64,000 nucleotides of DNA, taken from Podarcis pityusensis. Its lineage: Eukaryota. The translations under genes were made by a program, and so were the position numbers. Numbering within the stretch: position 1 is the stretch's first letter; every line of letters starts with the position of its first letter. The DNA is taken from the NCBI GenBank assembly GCA_964106645.2, contig OZ067040.1; one strand, given 5' to 3'. Under the pieces are notes generated by a model. The model saw nothing but the letters and a program-made list of their open reading frames with translations, was not told the DNA's origin and did not search any database. Positions 24,442 to 36,710 of this stretch are shown one piece after another.

Positions 24442-27403
24442 AATGATGTTGGATAGAAATTAAGTGGTTTCCAGCTGTAATGCTTTAAGGGAATATGAAA
24501 AATGGGTTGTCAATAGGTAAAAATCTAACGTTACCATTTTAAGACCAAAGATTTGGATAAATAAAGAGGGTAAGGATTTGCTGAACCAACAAATTGAATT
24601 GAAATACAAAAAAGGGAGGTATGAGGAGGTCCGGGAAACAAGCTAAGGAAAAATAAGTAATGGAAAAACTGAGTGGTTTTTAATCATTTTTATTTTGTAT
24701 TTTCTCTTTCTTTTTCATTTTTAGATTGTAATTTTGTATTTTCTTTTTCTTTTTCATTTTTATATTGTAATTTTTTGAAAATCTTAATAAATATCTTATT
24801 AAAAAAAAAGAAAAGAAATAGGTCCTATCAAATTCAGTGGGGCTTACTCCCAGGTAAGTGGGGTTACAACTGAGTATTGCTGTGCTTAGAAGCAGATCCA
24901 ATTAAATCAATGGGCATCCCACTGATTTCACTAAGGCTTCTCTAAGCATGACCAACCCATTGTGTCCTCTAGTCTGAACTGCTACCCACTCTGCTCTGTT
25001 TCTGCCATTTCCTCAGTCTTGAACTACTAACTAGGGATATCCTCTAGTCACTGTTAAGTACATTTAAGACCAGCTGAATATAATGGAATGGGGTTATTAA
25101 AAATCCCTGGAAATGAAAGTGCTGAGCTTGCCCCCATTTCTTTGTCTTCTTTTGATCCTGATCATAGCAGTACTCAAGGTAGATGTATTACAACCAAATC
25201 TCCCTCTCCTGCCTCTCGAGTTCTTGGAGTACTTTCCCTTCCCTTATCCTGTCACCTAAGCATGCAGTCTGGCTTTCATCTACTTCGTCACTTTCCGCCC
25301 TCTTTTTCTTAACTTTAATTTCTCGCTAGAGCTGGACTTCCTATCTTTTTCCTGGGCTTTTGCAGCCACTTCCCTGCGGGCCATTGCTATTTGTTTGTAA
25401 ACATTTACTGGTCCCACTTCAACTATCTTAACCTCTGTGCAGAATTTTTGCTCCCAAGATTGTGTGGTAGCTGCTATGATCACATTGTGAGCAATGGCCC
25501 ACATTCAGCCTGTCTGCAGTTTGCCTTCGCATTCACCAGATTCTTGCCTTTGCCTTTCCTGGCTCTTCATCTTCCATGCTCACTCTGGCAGCCTTTGTTC
25601 CTAAAGTAGCGGATGCACCATTTCATGTTACACTGAAACTCTCTCACAGAATGCATGTCCTGATTCCACCTTTCAGATTCTTCTGCAAACTACTTTTTCT
25701 GCTTAATACTTTGCAAACTCGCTCTCTTACCTACAGCATGAGCCTAACCATGTTTACTCAGAAGTAAAGCCCCATTGATCTCAATGACACCTACTGCTAT
25801 GTGAGTATGTTTTGGAATACAGTCATAATATTATTTATTAAACGCTTCTTATCATCCAGTTGCAGATACTTGTCGACTGGGTAACAATGACCAGTGCTTT
25901 TGCACCCAACCATCCCCAACCCCCAATTGAAGGGGCTGTATTTACTTGTCTGAGAACTTGGGTTGAAACAAGGCTGCTTCTTTGGAATACCTGCTTGCAG
26001 GCTGAGCACGGCCACTGAAATCTCTAACACTTGTTTCACCTTCTTCGCGTAGCCAAATGAAGCATTCACTCTAAGCAAGGAAAGCACCAAGCCATATAAT
26101 TCACAAATTAGAATGTAAATAGATTTCCACCCCCTTGAATATTTCTAGCTCACTTCCCTTCCTTAACTTTTCCAGTTGAGGTGTTCTTCATATTTATGCT
26201 GGGCTGCTGGTTGTCAGGAACTGGAATCAATTTACTTTGTTAGTGTTGTGCTTTTGGGTTTCCACTCTGAAGAACTGCCAAATGTAGCTTCGCAGACTTG
26301 AACTTTTAAAATAATTATTTTCAAGCAACAGGGTTGTTCAAGATTTGTCAAGGAATAAGATTTCAAAGTGGGAAGTGGGACAGTGGTTACATTTCCTGAC
26401 AACTCCTATTCAAGAGGCAAACCCAATAAACCCTGCCCCCAATTGTACCTTTCAGTGCAGTTTTCTAACAAGCCCCTCCCCTCCATAAGCTCCTCCTCTG
26501 ATTCTCCACTTTCTCACCCTCTCCTTATCATGTTGCCAGCAACATCCAACTCCTCCACCTTTTCTCCCTGGTTATTGCTTCATCCACCCCCCTACTGGAA
26601 GCCAACACCAGCTAGCATTCAGGTGGTAGTCTTGGCAAAATAATGCGATAGGATGCTGAGCATTGCCTAAGTCATGTGCTAAAGAGGAGTGTGTAACAAT
26701 GGTTGTGGTTGTTGGATAGGCTGCAGCTCTCTGCAGCCCTCATCTGGCATTGGGGCATTAGCGGGGATTTATTATATAGCATGGTAAAAATGACAGGCAA
26801 TAGGTGGTCCATATTTGTCTCTTACCATTTTTTTTAAAAGGTTCACAGTCACCTTAAGTGTCTTAAAATGTGCCTTAAACAGCATGTTATTTGAACATGT
26901 TATTGGAGTTTCCAACTGAGATGAATGGTGTGAACACAGGGATAGAGGCTTTTGCAGGGGAAAAGCAGGGGTGCTTAACCCTTCCCCCTACTTGCAGAGT
27001 TTCCCCTACAACCTCTTCTCACAGGCCACAGTTTCCTCCAGCAGGGGCTGATGCAATGTAACTTCAGTTTCAAAATGGAAGCATGAACATTTTAGTAAAA
27101 CTTAATGGTTGCTAAATGGTGCTAAAAATGAACTCGGGGCTTCAATCTGACATTATTTAGGTAGTGCTGGCTTGAAGAATACTAGATGTTGCCAAATCAC
27201 ACTACAACATCAATAATCTGCTTGTGTAGATACAATAATTAATGAAAGAAGCAATGTGAAATTGTAATATTCCCGTTGTTGATACTGTTAAATGCTGACT
27301 CTCGCTGCTTTTTAGAAAGGTATCAAAATACAATTACATGAAGCAACCTCTCTGGACAGGTCTGTTCTATGACCATTGTTTAACTACTTGTTTGTTATCT
27401 TAG

Positions 27404-27445
27404 GTGACAGCTGGTGCCCCTCTTAAGAAAGAATATACAGAAGAG
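27404..27445 (+). CDS. MTHFD1L: MTHFD1L short coding exon (~exon 22): VTAGAPLKKEYTEE
   Basis: ttatcttag acceptor, gtaaga donor; 42 nt, phase 0/0; fits between the flanking exons. Confidence 0.93.
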
Positions 27446-27553
27446 GTAAGACCATTTCCTGACAGATTTAAATCTTTCATTGTCACTTTGTAGGCAGTCA
27501 AGGTAACAGAGGAATTAAATTTGACATTTACAAAGACTAGACTCCTGAACGGA

Positions 27554-27742
27554 GGGGAAGGGTCATAGCTCAGTGGTAGAGCATCTGCCTTGCAAGCAGA
27601 AGGTCCCAGGATCAATCCCCAGCATCTCCAGGCAGAACTGGGGAAGACTCCCCTCCTGAAATCCCATAGAGTTGATGCCAATCAGTCTAGACAGTGCTGA
27701 GAAAGATGGACCAATGGTATAAGGCAACTCCCTATGCTCCTA
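27554..27742 (+). mobile_element. tRNA-derived squamate SINE (tentatively Squam2-type)
   Basis: A-box tagctcagtggtagagc, B-box-like ggatcaatcc, tail gatggaccaatggtataaggc...ctatgctccta; further copies at 33201(-) and 56147(+). Confidence 0.8.
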
Positions 27743-29380
27743 TTTCTGTTGTTTGTTTGTTTGTTTACCATTCTTAATTTAGAAAATCCCCAACTTTTTA
27801 TATGCTTTTGGCATTTCTGTTGTATTTGTTAGTCACCTAGTTGTGTCTGAACACTCTTGCTGGGCTACGGAAGCGGGATATAAATGATTATAAAAATAGA
27901 TGTAACCAAATACTTTGCAACAAAAATTCATTTTCCTTCATTATGATAACTGAATGCACAGGACTTCATAGATTCTCCATAAGAAAAAGCAAAGCAATTG
28001 TCCAGACCTTTCTATAGCATTAACAAATTGTGCAACAGTGTTTGTGTGTTCCTGTTTCGATGAGCTAAGAAATGCATGTTGTTTCTAGAACTCTTGCTTA
28101 AGAATGCTACAATCCGCAGCTCTTTTGTTGTTTATTTGGTTAGTTTCTCCCCCCCAAAACACTTTTTTATTGCTTCATGGTTTTGATGGAAGTAGGCCTC
28201 TGGCCACAAAGCTCAAAGTTCATGCCACAAATATTCTGACCATAGGTTATGCATATAGTTTTACAGTGAGTGACTCTGTGACCAATTTGATAATCCCACA
28301 CTAACAGCAGGATCTAGACTTCTGGTAGCCCCAAGATCCATCAGCATTCCCTTAAACAGCAGCGCTGGAAGGAGTGTCCCCTGCCTTTGCTGTCTCTCCA
28401 CATATGCACTTCATAAAGTGTTAACGGTTTCCCACATCCACATTTCAATATCCTCTTTGGCTTCCCTTTCTCAACACATCCTTAAAAAAAATATCTCTTG
28501 GTAATCACCTAGTCTTTTCCTGAAATCCTATGTGCATCTCAAGACTGGAGGGGATGTGTATGTAGAACCATTTTTGAGGGGTGCTTCCGGAAAAGTTAGA
28601 AGCAGCAAGAATCTCATTGTTACGGTAACATCGTGCACTACCAGCAGCCCCATGTGAACTGCAGATGTGGATTCACTCAGCAGCCATACCAGTTCTACAA
28701 GTAAAGATCTTGAGATCTATAGATTAGCAGTGTCCAAAATTAGTTTTGAATCTCAGACATAATAGGCTTGAAAGATTTTTCAGCAGACTGGATTTCATGA
28801 TTCTGTCCAGATTTGAGCTTCCTTGAACTAGTCACATGTTGAACAGAGTTTTCTAAGCAGTATGGAATACGGTTAATAAGAACCACAATGCTATGTATTT
28901 CTGTCCAGAAGTAGGCATACTGCATAGGATTGCAACCTTTGGGAGATGAGCAGAAATCTCTTTATTTAATCCTGCTTACCATATAAACCCTTTAGGTGGA
29001 GCTGTGGGTTAGAACTGGGGAAACTTGGCTGTGGCCTATACAACTTCCAGGAGCTTGTTTTTATTAATCCACAGACATAGTGCATGATAGGCATCATTTT
29101 CATGGCTAGTAGGACTGTCTATTTTTTTGCCATGCTGCTGCCAATTCATCTGAATGTAAGTTGTTTTAACTGATTTTAATACTGCATTCTTACATTGTTG
29201 CAACCCACCCTCGGGGCTTAGAATGAAGGACAGTTAAGAACTCTTAATATGATGATCTTGAGGAGAAATTCACTGTACCATCTGGCTTTAGTAAAAAAAA
29301 AAAAAAAGCACTGAATGATAAGTGAAAAGTATTTTTATTGCAGTTAAATTTATATCGACTTTTTGTTCTCTGTCCACCAG

Positions 29381-29481
29381 AATCTCAAGCTGGTATCTGA
29401 TGGCTGCAGCAATTTACGGAAACAAATTGAAATTGCCCAGCAGTTTGGTGTTCCAGTTGTAGTGGCTCTCAATGTTTTCAG
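29381..29481 (+). CDS. MTHFD1L: MTHFD1L coding exon (~exon 23): NLKLVSDGCSNLRKQIEIAQQFGVPVVVALNVF
   Basis: tgtccaccag acceptor, gtaaga donor; 101 nt (phase 0/2); FGVPVVVALN motif. Confidence 0.95.
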
Positions 29482-29485
29482 GTAA

Positions 29486-29745
29486 GACTTGTTTTTTAGA
29501 AATCCATGCTGGGTCTTCTGGGTCTTTAGAAATCCATTACTTGGGTCTTCTTTCTTTACCCTTTTTAAAAATGGGGATAATATTTGCCCACCTCCAAACT
29601 GTAGGGACCTCACTTGTTCTCCAATAATTCTCCAAGATTATAGACAGAGGTTCTAAAATTATATCCACAAGCTCCTTTAGTACCCTTGGGTGCAGCAAAC
29701 CAGGCCCTGGATATTTGAATTCATTTTAAGTTAGCTAGGTGTTTC
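29486..29745 (-). mobile_element. Internal CR1 ORF2 fragment abutting the exon donor
   Basis: gacttgttttttagaaatccatgctg matches the CR1 at ~35244 (gacttatttttcagaaatccatgctg); minus strand encodes QHGFLKNKS. Confidence 0.75.
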
Positions 29746-30115
29746 AATGTGTACCTTCCACAGCCACCTCAGTACTTTCTGAGGTCTGTAGCTATCCTTG
29801 CTCCTCTGACTCGTGAGCCCTTCCTCCAGAGAGTGGCTGCTGATTGCAACTAGAGACTAAAAAAGTAATAGAGGTAGCCAATCTGATATGTAGCAGCACA
29901 CATGAAAGGAGGAGAAACCAGTTTTCTCATCTCTTCAGTAACCCAGTGCCAGTTACCACGTTCAATTTTGTAGGAGTCAGTGGTGAATGGACCTTGGACC
30001 TTGCACCTATGGTGTATAAAGCCATATTGTTTTTAGTCTTGCCTAAGTTAAAACTGTGAATAGTGCTAAGTTTGTATAGACATTTTGCTTAGATATTTTG
30101 TATACTTCTCTTACC

Positions 30116-30256
30116 CAGGCAAAGGGGAACCTGTGGCCCTACGAATATTGGGTACTACAACTCCCATCATCCCTGACCATTGGCCATGCTGCCTGTGGCT
30201 GATGGGACTTGGAGTCTACCAAAAATATCTATATGGCTACAGGCTCTCCATCCCAG
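30116..30256. mobile_element. Palindromic hAT-type MITE (ctacaactcccatcat family)
   Basis: Near 8-bp TSD ctcttacc / ctcttatc; internal inverted repeat. Confidence 0.75.
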
Positions 30257-30365
30257 CTCTTATCTAATGAACTGCTGTTGTCCCCAAGTACATTAGTATG
30301 GAGAGCCACTTAGCAAATTTGACTGATAAATAAAGTTGTAAATGAAATGATTGTTTTGTTGGCAG

Positions 30366-30543
30366 TACGGACTCTCCTGCTGAGATTGATTTAGTCTGTG
30401 AGATTGCCAAGCAGTCTGGAGCTTCTGATGCAGTGCCATGCAGTCACTGGTCATATGGGGGCAGAGGAGCTGTGGAATTGGCTCAGGCTGTAAGAAGAGC
30501 TGCCAATCAGCAGAATAGCTTCAGATATCTCTATGACCTGGAG
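30366..30543 (+). CDS. MTHFD1L: MTHFD1L coding exon (~exon 24): (S)TDSPAEIDLVCEIAKQSGASDAVPCSHWSYGGRGAVELAQAVRRAANQQNSFRYLYDLE
   Basis: ttgttggcag acceptor, gtaagc donor; 178 nt (phase 2/0); HWxxGGxGA motif. Confidence 0.95.
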
Positions 30544-30854
30544 GTAAGCAAAAGATCCAGCCAATTTCTTTGTGGTATGTGCATTTATTTCCACATAGTG
30601 GAAGTTGTAGCTGTTCAGTCTGAACCTTTAGGTGTACACATTACTCCTGTTGGGATCATATCTATGTTGGTGGTTTTTGTCAGAATTCTAATTCAAACGT
30701 GTCCTGTTACAAGTGTTCTTACTCTGCACACTTTGAAAACTATTAGGTTCAAATATATATGATGGAATCCAAATTCTGTATGCCTTGTTTTGAATTGTGC
30801 TCTGTTTTAATGTCTAACTCAGGATCTGGCACACATGCAACCCTTTTAATTCAT

Positions 30855-31224
30855 AAGGCAAAAAAGGTAAGGTAAAGGACCCCTGGACAGTTAAGTCCGG
30901 TCAAAGGCAACTCGCTTCAGGCTGAGGGAGCCGGCGTTTGTCCACAGACAGCTTTCTAGGTCATGTGACCAGCATAACTAAACCACTTCTGGTGCAACGG
31001 AACACCATGACAGAAGCCAGAGCACACGGAAACGCCATATACCTTTCTGCTACAGCGGTACCTACTTATCTACTTGCACTGGTATGCTTTCAAACAGTTA
31101 GGTTGGTGGGAGCTGGAGCAGAACAATGGGAGCTCACCCCATCATGCGGTTTTGAACTGCTGACCTTCTGATTGGCACACCCAAGAGGCTCAGTGGTTTA
31201 GACCACAGTGCCACCCCCATCCCA
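30855..31224 (-). mobile_element. Sauria SINE (antisense, internally deleted)
   Basis: aaaggtaaggtaaagg tail, body homologous to the 864 and 52238 copies; 11-bp TSD ttttaattcat (30844-30854 / 31225-31235). Confidence 0.88.
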
Positions 31225-31318
31225 TTTTAATTCATCTGCCCCTGCCTAATAGGATATTCCTTAGCTCAAATCTTTAATCTGTCTGGAAGCATCTGATGTT
31301 GCAGTATTTGTGAAAGCA

Positions 31319-31370
31319 AGCTGTCAGGGGTGGGGGTGGAGAGAAGCTGTCAGGGGTGGGGGTGGAGAGA
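31319..31370. repeat. 26-bp G-rich tandem duplication
   Basis: agctgtcaggggtgggggtggagaga x2. Confidence 0.93.
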
Positions 31371-32333
31371 AAGAGAGCTGATGATTGCCTAGATAGGAGA
31401 CTACTGGGAGCCAATCTTTGCTTTTTAAGGAGGAGTGGATATTTAAAATAATAATTAAGAAGTAAGTCCATGTTGAACATTTGTTTATTGTTGGATTTCT
31501 CCAGATTATTGCCCTTTAAAACAGTCAGGCTTAAATTTAATTCCATTTTATGCAGTTGCTTTCTGTTTCTTCTTCTTCTAAATCCTACCATTTTATACTA
31601 GTGAGCATATAGCACTAGATTAACCAGTGCGTTGTCAGCTGATGTAAGCAAGTTAATTAGCATCAAGATTAGTAATTAAATTTCTGGCATAGTTGGAATG
31701 TGGTGTGAAGAAACAACGGTGCCCTGATTTGAGAGCGTGAGTGAGATGTGAAATACCTTACATCGTTTGTCAAGGGGCTGAAATACTAAGAAACAAGGTG
31801 AAGCTAAAGATATCCAAATAAATTGTGGGATTGGGAATTACACAAGGGATTTTTGCAAAAATGCAGACAGGCGGCAAGCGGCTTTAAGAAGACCACAGAG
31901 AAGTTTGCAATATTAACTATGTTTGTCTTCACACAAGAACCCATCTAAATGGTTTGACTCTGTGTTGTTTATTATTTCTTTCCCATTGTTAAAGAGAATT
32001 GCCCATGAAAGCCATCTGAATTCTGTATGAAGCAATCTGTATTTCACAGGATTTGGGTTTTTTTTAGTATCAGCTAGAATACAAATAGTGATCATCAACT
32101 TATCAGTGCTCCCATCTAAGAAGACTTCCTTCCAGTGTTTAGAACAAGGTTTTAAGTTGAAGCAGAAAGCTATTACTCAGCATAAGTGCATTCATTAGCA
32201 ATAAGCCTAGATAATGAGGGTAGGGTTGTTGAATCCTATACATCCCTTTCCCAAACCTTCCAGGCTTCAGTAATTAAGTAATACAGGGGTGGGGAACTTA
32301 GGGGACTCAGGGGCCAAATGTGGCCCTCTAAGC

Positions 32334-32469
32334 CAGGCTTCCTCAACCTCGGCCCTCCAGATGTTTTGAGACTACAATTCCCATCATCCCTGACCACTGG
32401 TTTTGCTAGCTAGGGATCATGGGAGTTGTAGGCCAAAAACATCTGGAGGGCTGAGGTTGAGGAAGCCTG
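32334..32469. mobile_element. Palindromic hAT MITE, probably nested in an older hAT-like element (~32284-32820)
   Basis: TIR caggcttcctcaacctc / gaggttgaggaagcctg; perfect 8-bp TSD ctctaagc. Confidence 0.88.
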
Positions 32470-33200
32470 CTCTAAGCTCTGGCCCTTGGGTCTGTTCTCC
32501 ACACCACACTTTCTCCCCTCTGACACCCCTTTGTTGGTCCTTCTTGCCACCCTCCTTGAGTGTTGTTCCTGGCTGGAATGTGTCCTTGAACATTCCTCAC
32601 TGGCCCTGCTTCACACCCTTCTAGAGCATTTTTGCTTAAATGCAAATGGGTCCTTGAACTGAGACAATGCCCCTTATTTGTCTGGATGGAGAAGGTGTGT
32701 GTAGCACCCAGTCAGCAGTAGAAAGGGGAAGTTTCCACTCCTTGTTCCACCTACTTTTGCCCATGGCCTTGCCCATGTGGTCGCCCAGAAGGGAACGCTG
32801 AAAAAGTTTCCCTACCTTTGTGCTACAAGATTGTAGCGTAAGGTTCCTATTGCTCACAACTTGCGGCCAGCCGAAATCCCATTTGGCTCTCAGAGATTTC
32901 TGCTGACTAGAGATTTTTTTGTCAGAACTACATATTTCTCCTCTTAAGAAATCAAAGTACAGAAAACATGACACAAGCCGTCTCTCACCACATCAACTTG
33001 GGTGAAGACAGACATAATTAAAAAGAGAGCCTGCAGCATGTCCCTCAGCAATGGAATGAGCCTAGCTTTTTCCTCACTTCACAATTTGATTGACAGACAT
33101 GCATACCAGTAAATCAAATGCTGGTTCCTCTGTGAGTCTCGCTCTGCCTTCACGCTTCAGGCAGGCACTTTGTTTTTTAAAGGCTGCATGTACATGTATA

Positions 33201-33394
33201 TAGGAACATAGCTGCCTTATATGAAGTCAGACCATTGGTCTGTCTACCTCAGTATTGTCCTCATTGACAGGCTGTGGCTCTCCAAAACTTTAGACAGGGA
33301 GCCTTTCCCAGTCCTGTTGAAGGTGCCAGACACTGAGCCTGGGACCTTCTGCATGCAAACCAGATGCTCTACCATTGAGCTATGGCCCTTCTCC
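33201..33394 (-). mobile_element. tRNA-derived squamate SINE (same family as 27554)
   Basis: Reverse complement of the 27554 element, including head and taggaacata tail. Confidence 0.8.
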
Positions 33395-33706
33395 AAATGA
33401 GACAGCTTGTTTTTTGCTTTATTAATTTGATAGAAAAAAGTATAGAACAACTTGGACACCTGCCAATCAGAGTTGTGCAGAACCGAGTTCTACAAAGTTG
33501 CATAATTTCTCTCCCCCCCCCCCTTGAGAATGTTTATACTGAACACAGGGAGTCTGCTTCTAAACGTGGGTCTCTGCTTCAAAAATATTTCATCTCTTTT
33601 ATTTATTTCAGTTGATTTAAATTTATATTATTTGAGTTGCTGGAACCTTCCCTAGGACTTTAGGATGAAAGGTGGACAAAAATAATAATAATCTAATACA
33701 GTCATA

Positions 33707-33932
33707 CAGTGGTACCTCTGATTACGTACTTAATTTGCTCCAGAGGTCCGTACTTAACTTGAAACTGCTCTTAACCTGAAGCACCACTTTAGCTAATGGG
33801 GCCTCCCACTGCTGCCGCACCGCCAGAGCACGATTTCTGTTCTCATCCTGAAGCAAAGTTCTTAACCCGAGGTACTATTTCTGGGTTAGCGGAGTCTGTA
33901 ACCTGAAGCGTACGTAACCCAAGGTACTACTG
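33707..33932 (-). mobile_element. MITE family A, copy 2
   Basis: CAGTGGTACCTC TIR, TA TSD; reverse complement of the 6090 copy. Confidence 0.9.
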
Positions 33933-34022
33933 TACCTTGGATCTCAAACGCCTTGGATCCTGAACAAATTGGCTCCCGAACAATCGAAACCCGGAAGTGA
34001 GTGTTCCAGTTTTTGAATGATT

Positions 34023-35514
34023 TCATAGAATCATAGAATCATAGAGTTGGAAGAGACCACAAGGGCCATCAAGTCCAACCCCCTGCCAAGCAGGAAACAC
34101 CATCAGAGCACTCCTGACATATGGTTGTCAAGCCTCTGCTTAAAGAGCTCCAAAGAAGGAGACTCCACCACACTCCTTGGCAGCAAATTCCACTGTCGAA
34201 CAGCTCTTACTGTCGGGAAGTTCTTCCTAATGTTTAGGTGGAACCTTCTTTCTTGTAGTTTGGATCCATTGCTCCGTGTCCACTTCTCTGGAGCAGCAGA
34301 AAACAACCTTTTTCCCTCCTCTATGTGACATCCTTTTATATATTTGAACATGGCTATCATATCACCCCTTAACCTCCTCTTCTCCAGGCTAAACATGCCC
34401 AGCTCCCTTAGCCGTTCCTCATAAGGCATCGTTTCCAGGCCTTTGACCATTTTGGTTGCCCTCCTCTGGACACGTTCCAGTTTGTCAGTGTCCTTCTTGA
34501 ACTGTGCTGCCCAGAACTGGACACAGTACTCCAGGTGAGGTCTGACCAGAGCGGAATACAGTGGCACTATTACTTCCCTTGATCTAGATGCTATACTCCT
34601 ATTGATGCAGCCCAGAATTGCATTGGCTTTCTTAGCTGCCGCGTCACACTGTTGGCTCATGTCAAGTTTGTGGTCAACCAAGACTCCTAGATCCTTTTCA
34701 CATGTACTGCTCTCAAGCCAGGTGTCCCCCATCTTGTATTTGTGCCTCTCATTTTTTTTGCCCAAGTGCAATACTTTACATTTCTCCCTGTTAAAATTCA
34801 TCTTGTTTGTTTTTGCCCAGTTCTCTAATCTGTCAAGGTCGTTTTGAAGTGTGATCCTGTCCTCTGGGGTGTTAGCCACCCCTCCCAGTTTGGTGTCATC
34901 TGCAAATTGGATCAGGATGCCCTTGAGTCCATCATCCAAGTCGTTGATAAAGATGTTGAATAAGACCGGGCCCAAGACAGAACCCTGTGGCACCCCACTA
35001 GTCACTCTTTTCCAGGATGAAGAGGAACCATTGATGAGCACCCTTTGGGGTCAGTCAGCCAGTTACAAATCCACTGAGTGGTAGCATAGTCAAGACCACA
35101 TTTTACCAGCTTCTTTACAAGAATATCATGGGGCACCTTGTCAAATGCCTTGCTGAAATCAAGGTAGGCTACATCCACTGCGTTCCCTTCATCTACCAGG
35201 CTTGTAATTCTGTCAAAAAACAAGATCAGATTAGTCTGACATGACTTATTTTTCAGAAATCCATGCTGACTATTGGTGATCACAGCATTCCTTTCTAGGT
35301 GCTCACAGACTGTTTGCTTAATGATCTGCTCCAGAATCTTCCCTGGTATTGATGTCAGACTGACTGGGCGGTAATTATTTGGGTCGTCTCTTTTCCCCTT
35401 TTTGAAAATAGGGACAACATTTGCCCTCCTCCAGTCTGCCGGGACTTCGCCTGTTCTCCAGGAATTCTCAAAGATGACTGCCAGTGGTTCTGAGATCACA
35501 TCTGCCAGTTCTTT
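34023..35514 (-). mobile_element. CR1 LINE, 5'-truncated (~1.5 kb), one frameshift
   Basis: (ATTCTATG)n tail; ORFs 35002-35526 and 34103-35041 with NYRPVSLTS, LDFSKAFDKVPH, GVPQGSVLGP, FADD, RPHLEYCVQFW; frameshift near 35045. Confidence 0.95.
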
Positions 35515-36181
35515 TTCGGTAGCCAAACATCCGGCATGGTTTCCGCAGCCTCTGATTGGCTGCAGGACGCGCCTTCAGCCAATCGAAAGCTGCGCCTTGG
35601 TTTTCGAACAGTTCCGGGAGTCGAATGGACTCCCGGAACGCATTCTGTTCGAGAACCAAGGTACAACTCTAGTAACAACACTGAAGCAGTTTCAAATACA
35701 GTACAGATGCAGGGTTTGTAGATCAAGAGCCAAACCCCGATGGACATAAGGATTTCTGACAACCCTGAAATCACTGGGTTGAATGATTTAAACTGCTTTT
35801 AGAATGCTTTTTTAAATGCTTGTTATTATTATTCATGAACCACTTTGCTAATGGAAACGATTCAAGTAGTTTTCCAGACACACTGGAAATACTAAAACCA
35901 TTTAAATTAAGCACAATCAATAAAAAACATAAAACACACATCTATACAAATAAAAAAGAGTGGTTTTGTAGATGCTGGCCCACTATATGTGGCCACAAAC
36001 CCTTCAAACTGAGGGCCAAAAGCCTGTGGGAAACTGGAAGGTTTTTGCCTGGCCGTATTAGTGATATGGCCTCATCCAAGAGAAAGGGTAAGATATAAAT
36101 TTCATCAATAATCAATAATGGTGTTGTAGATTTGGGAGGAGGACCCCCTTAAAACCTAGAAATTAATAAATGCTAGGATTT

Positions 36182-36710
36182 TGATCAGGTTTAAGGTGCT
36201 GGTTTTGACCTTTAAAGCCCTATGCGGCCTAGGACCCATGTACCTACAGGACTGCCTCTCTTGGTATGCCCTGCGGAGGACCTTAAGGTCCACAAATAAC
36301 AACACTTTGGAGGTCCCGAGCCTCAAGGAGGTTAGATTGGTTTCAGCTAGGGCCAGGGCCTTTTCAGCACTGGCCCCGACATGGTGGAACGCTCTGTCAC
36401 AAGAGACTAGGGCCCTGCGGGACTTGACATCTTTCCGCAGGGCCTGCAAGACAGAGCTGTTCCACCTGGCCTTTGGTTTGGACTCAGTCTGACACTTATG
36501 TTTCCCTCCCCTTATGGTCTTGATTTATCAGCTATTTTAAAATGAGGCTGCATTTTAGATTGCATTTTAACCTGTATTTTAAATGGGATTTCCACCCCCC
36601 TCTTTTTCCCCTATTATGTTTTTACTGTGATTTTATTGGTGTTGGCCGCCCTGAGCCCGGCTCTGGCCGGGGAGAGCAGGGTATAAATAAAAGTTGTTGT
36701 TGTTCTTATT
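36182..36710 (+). mobile_element. L2 LINE 3' fragment
   Basis: ORF 36181-36492 (RFKVLVLTFKAL...RAFSALAPTWWNAL); 3'UTR ending ggtataaataaaag(ttg)n. Confidence 0.87.

Larger units (their letters stand above)
18668..24812 (+). mobile_element. Full-length L1-clade LINE (~6.1 kb), same strand as the host gene, inactivated
   Basis: 14-bp TSD aagaaataggtcct (18654-18667 / 24813-24826), CpG-rich 5'UTR, ORF1 + ORF2, AATAAA at 24786 and A-rich tail. Confidence 0.97.
33699..35669. mobile_element. Outer pogo/Tigger-like MITE split by two later insertions
   Basis: Reconstructed left end TA-CAGTCATACCTTGGATCTCAAAC versus reverse complement of the right end TA-GAGTTGTACCTTGGTTCTCGAAC (20/25 identical). 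Confidence 0.78.

Noticed and set aside
34047-35084. Plus-strand ORFs over the CR1 (and antisense ORFs over the L1)
   Set aside because: Shadow frames opposite the LINE ORF2.
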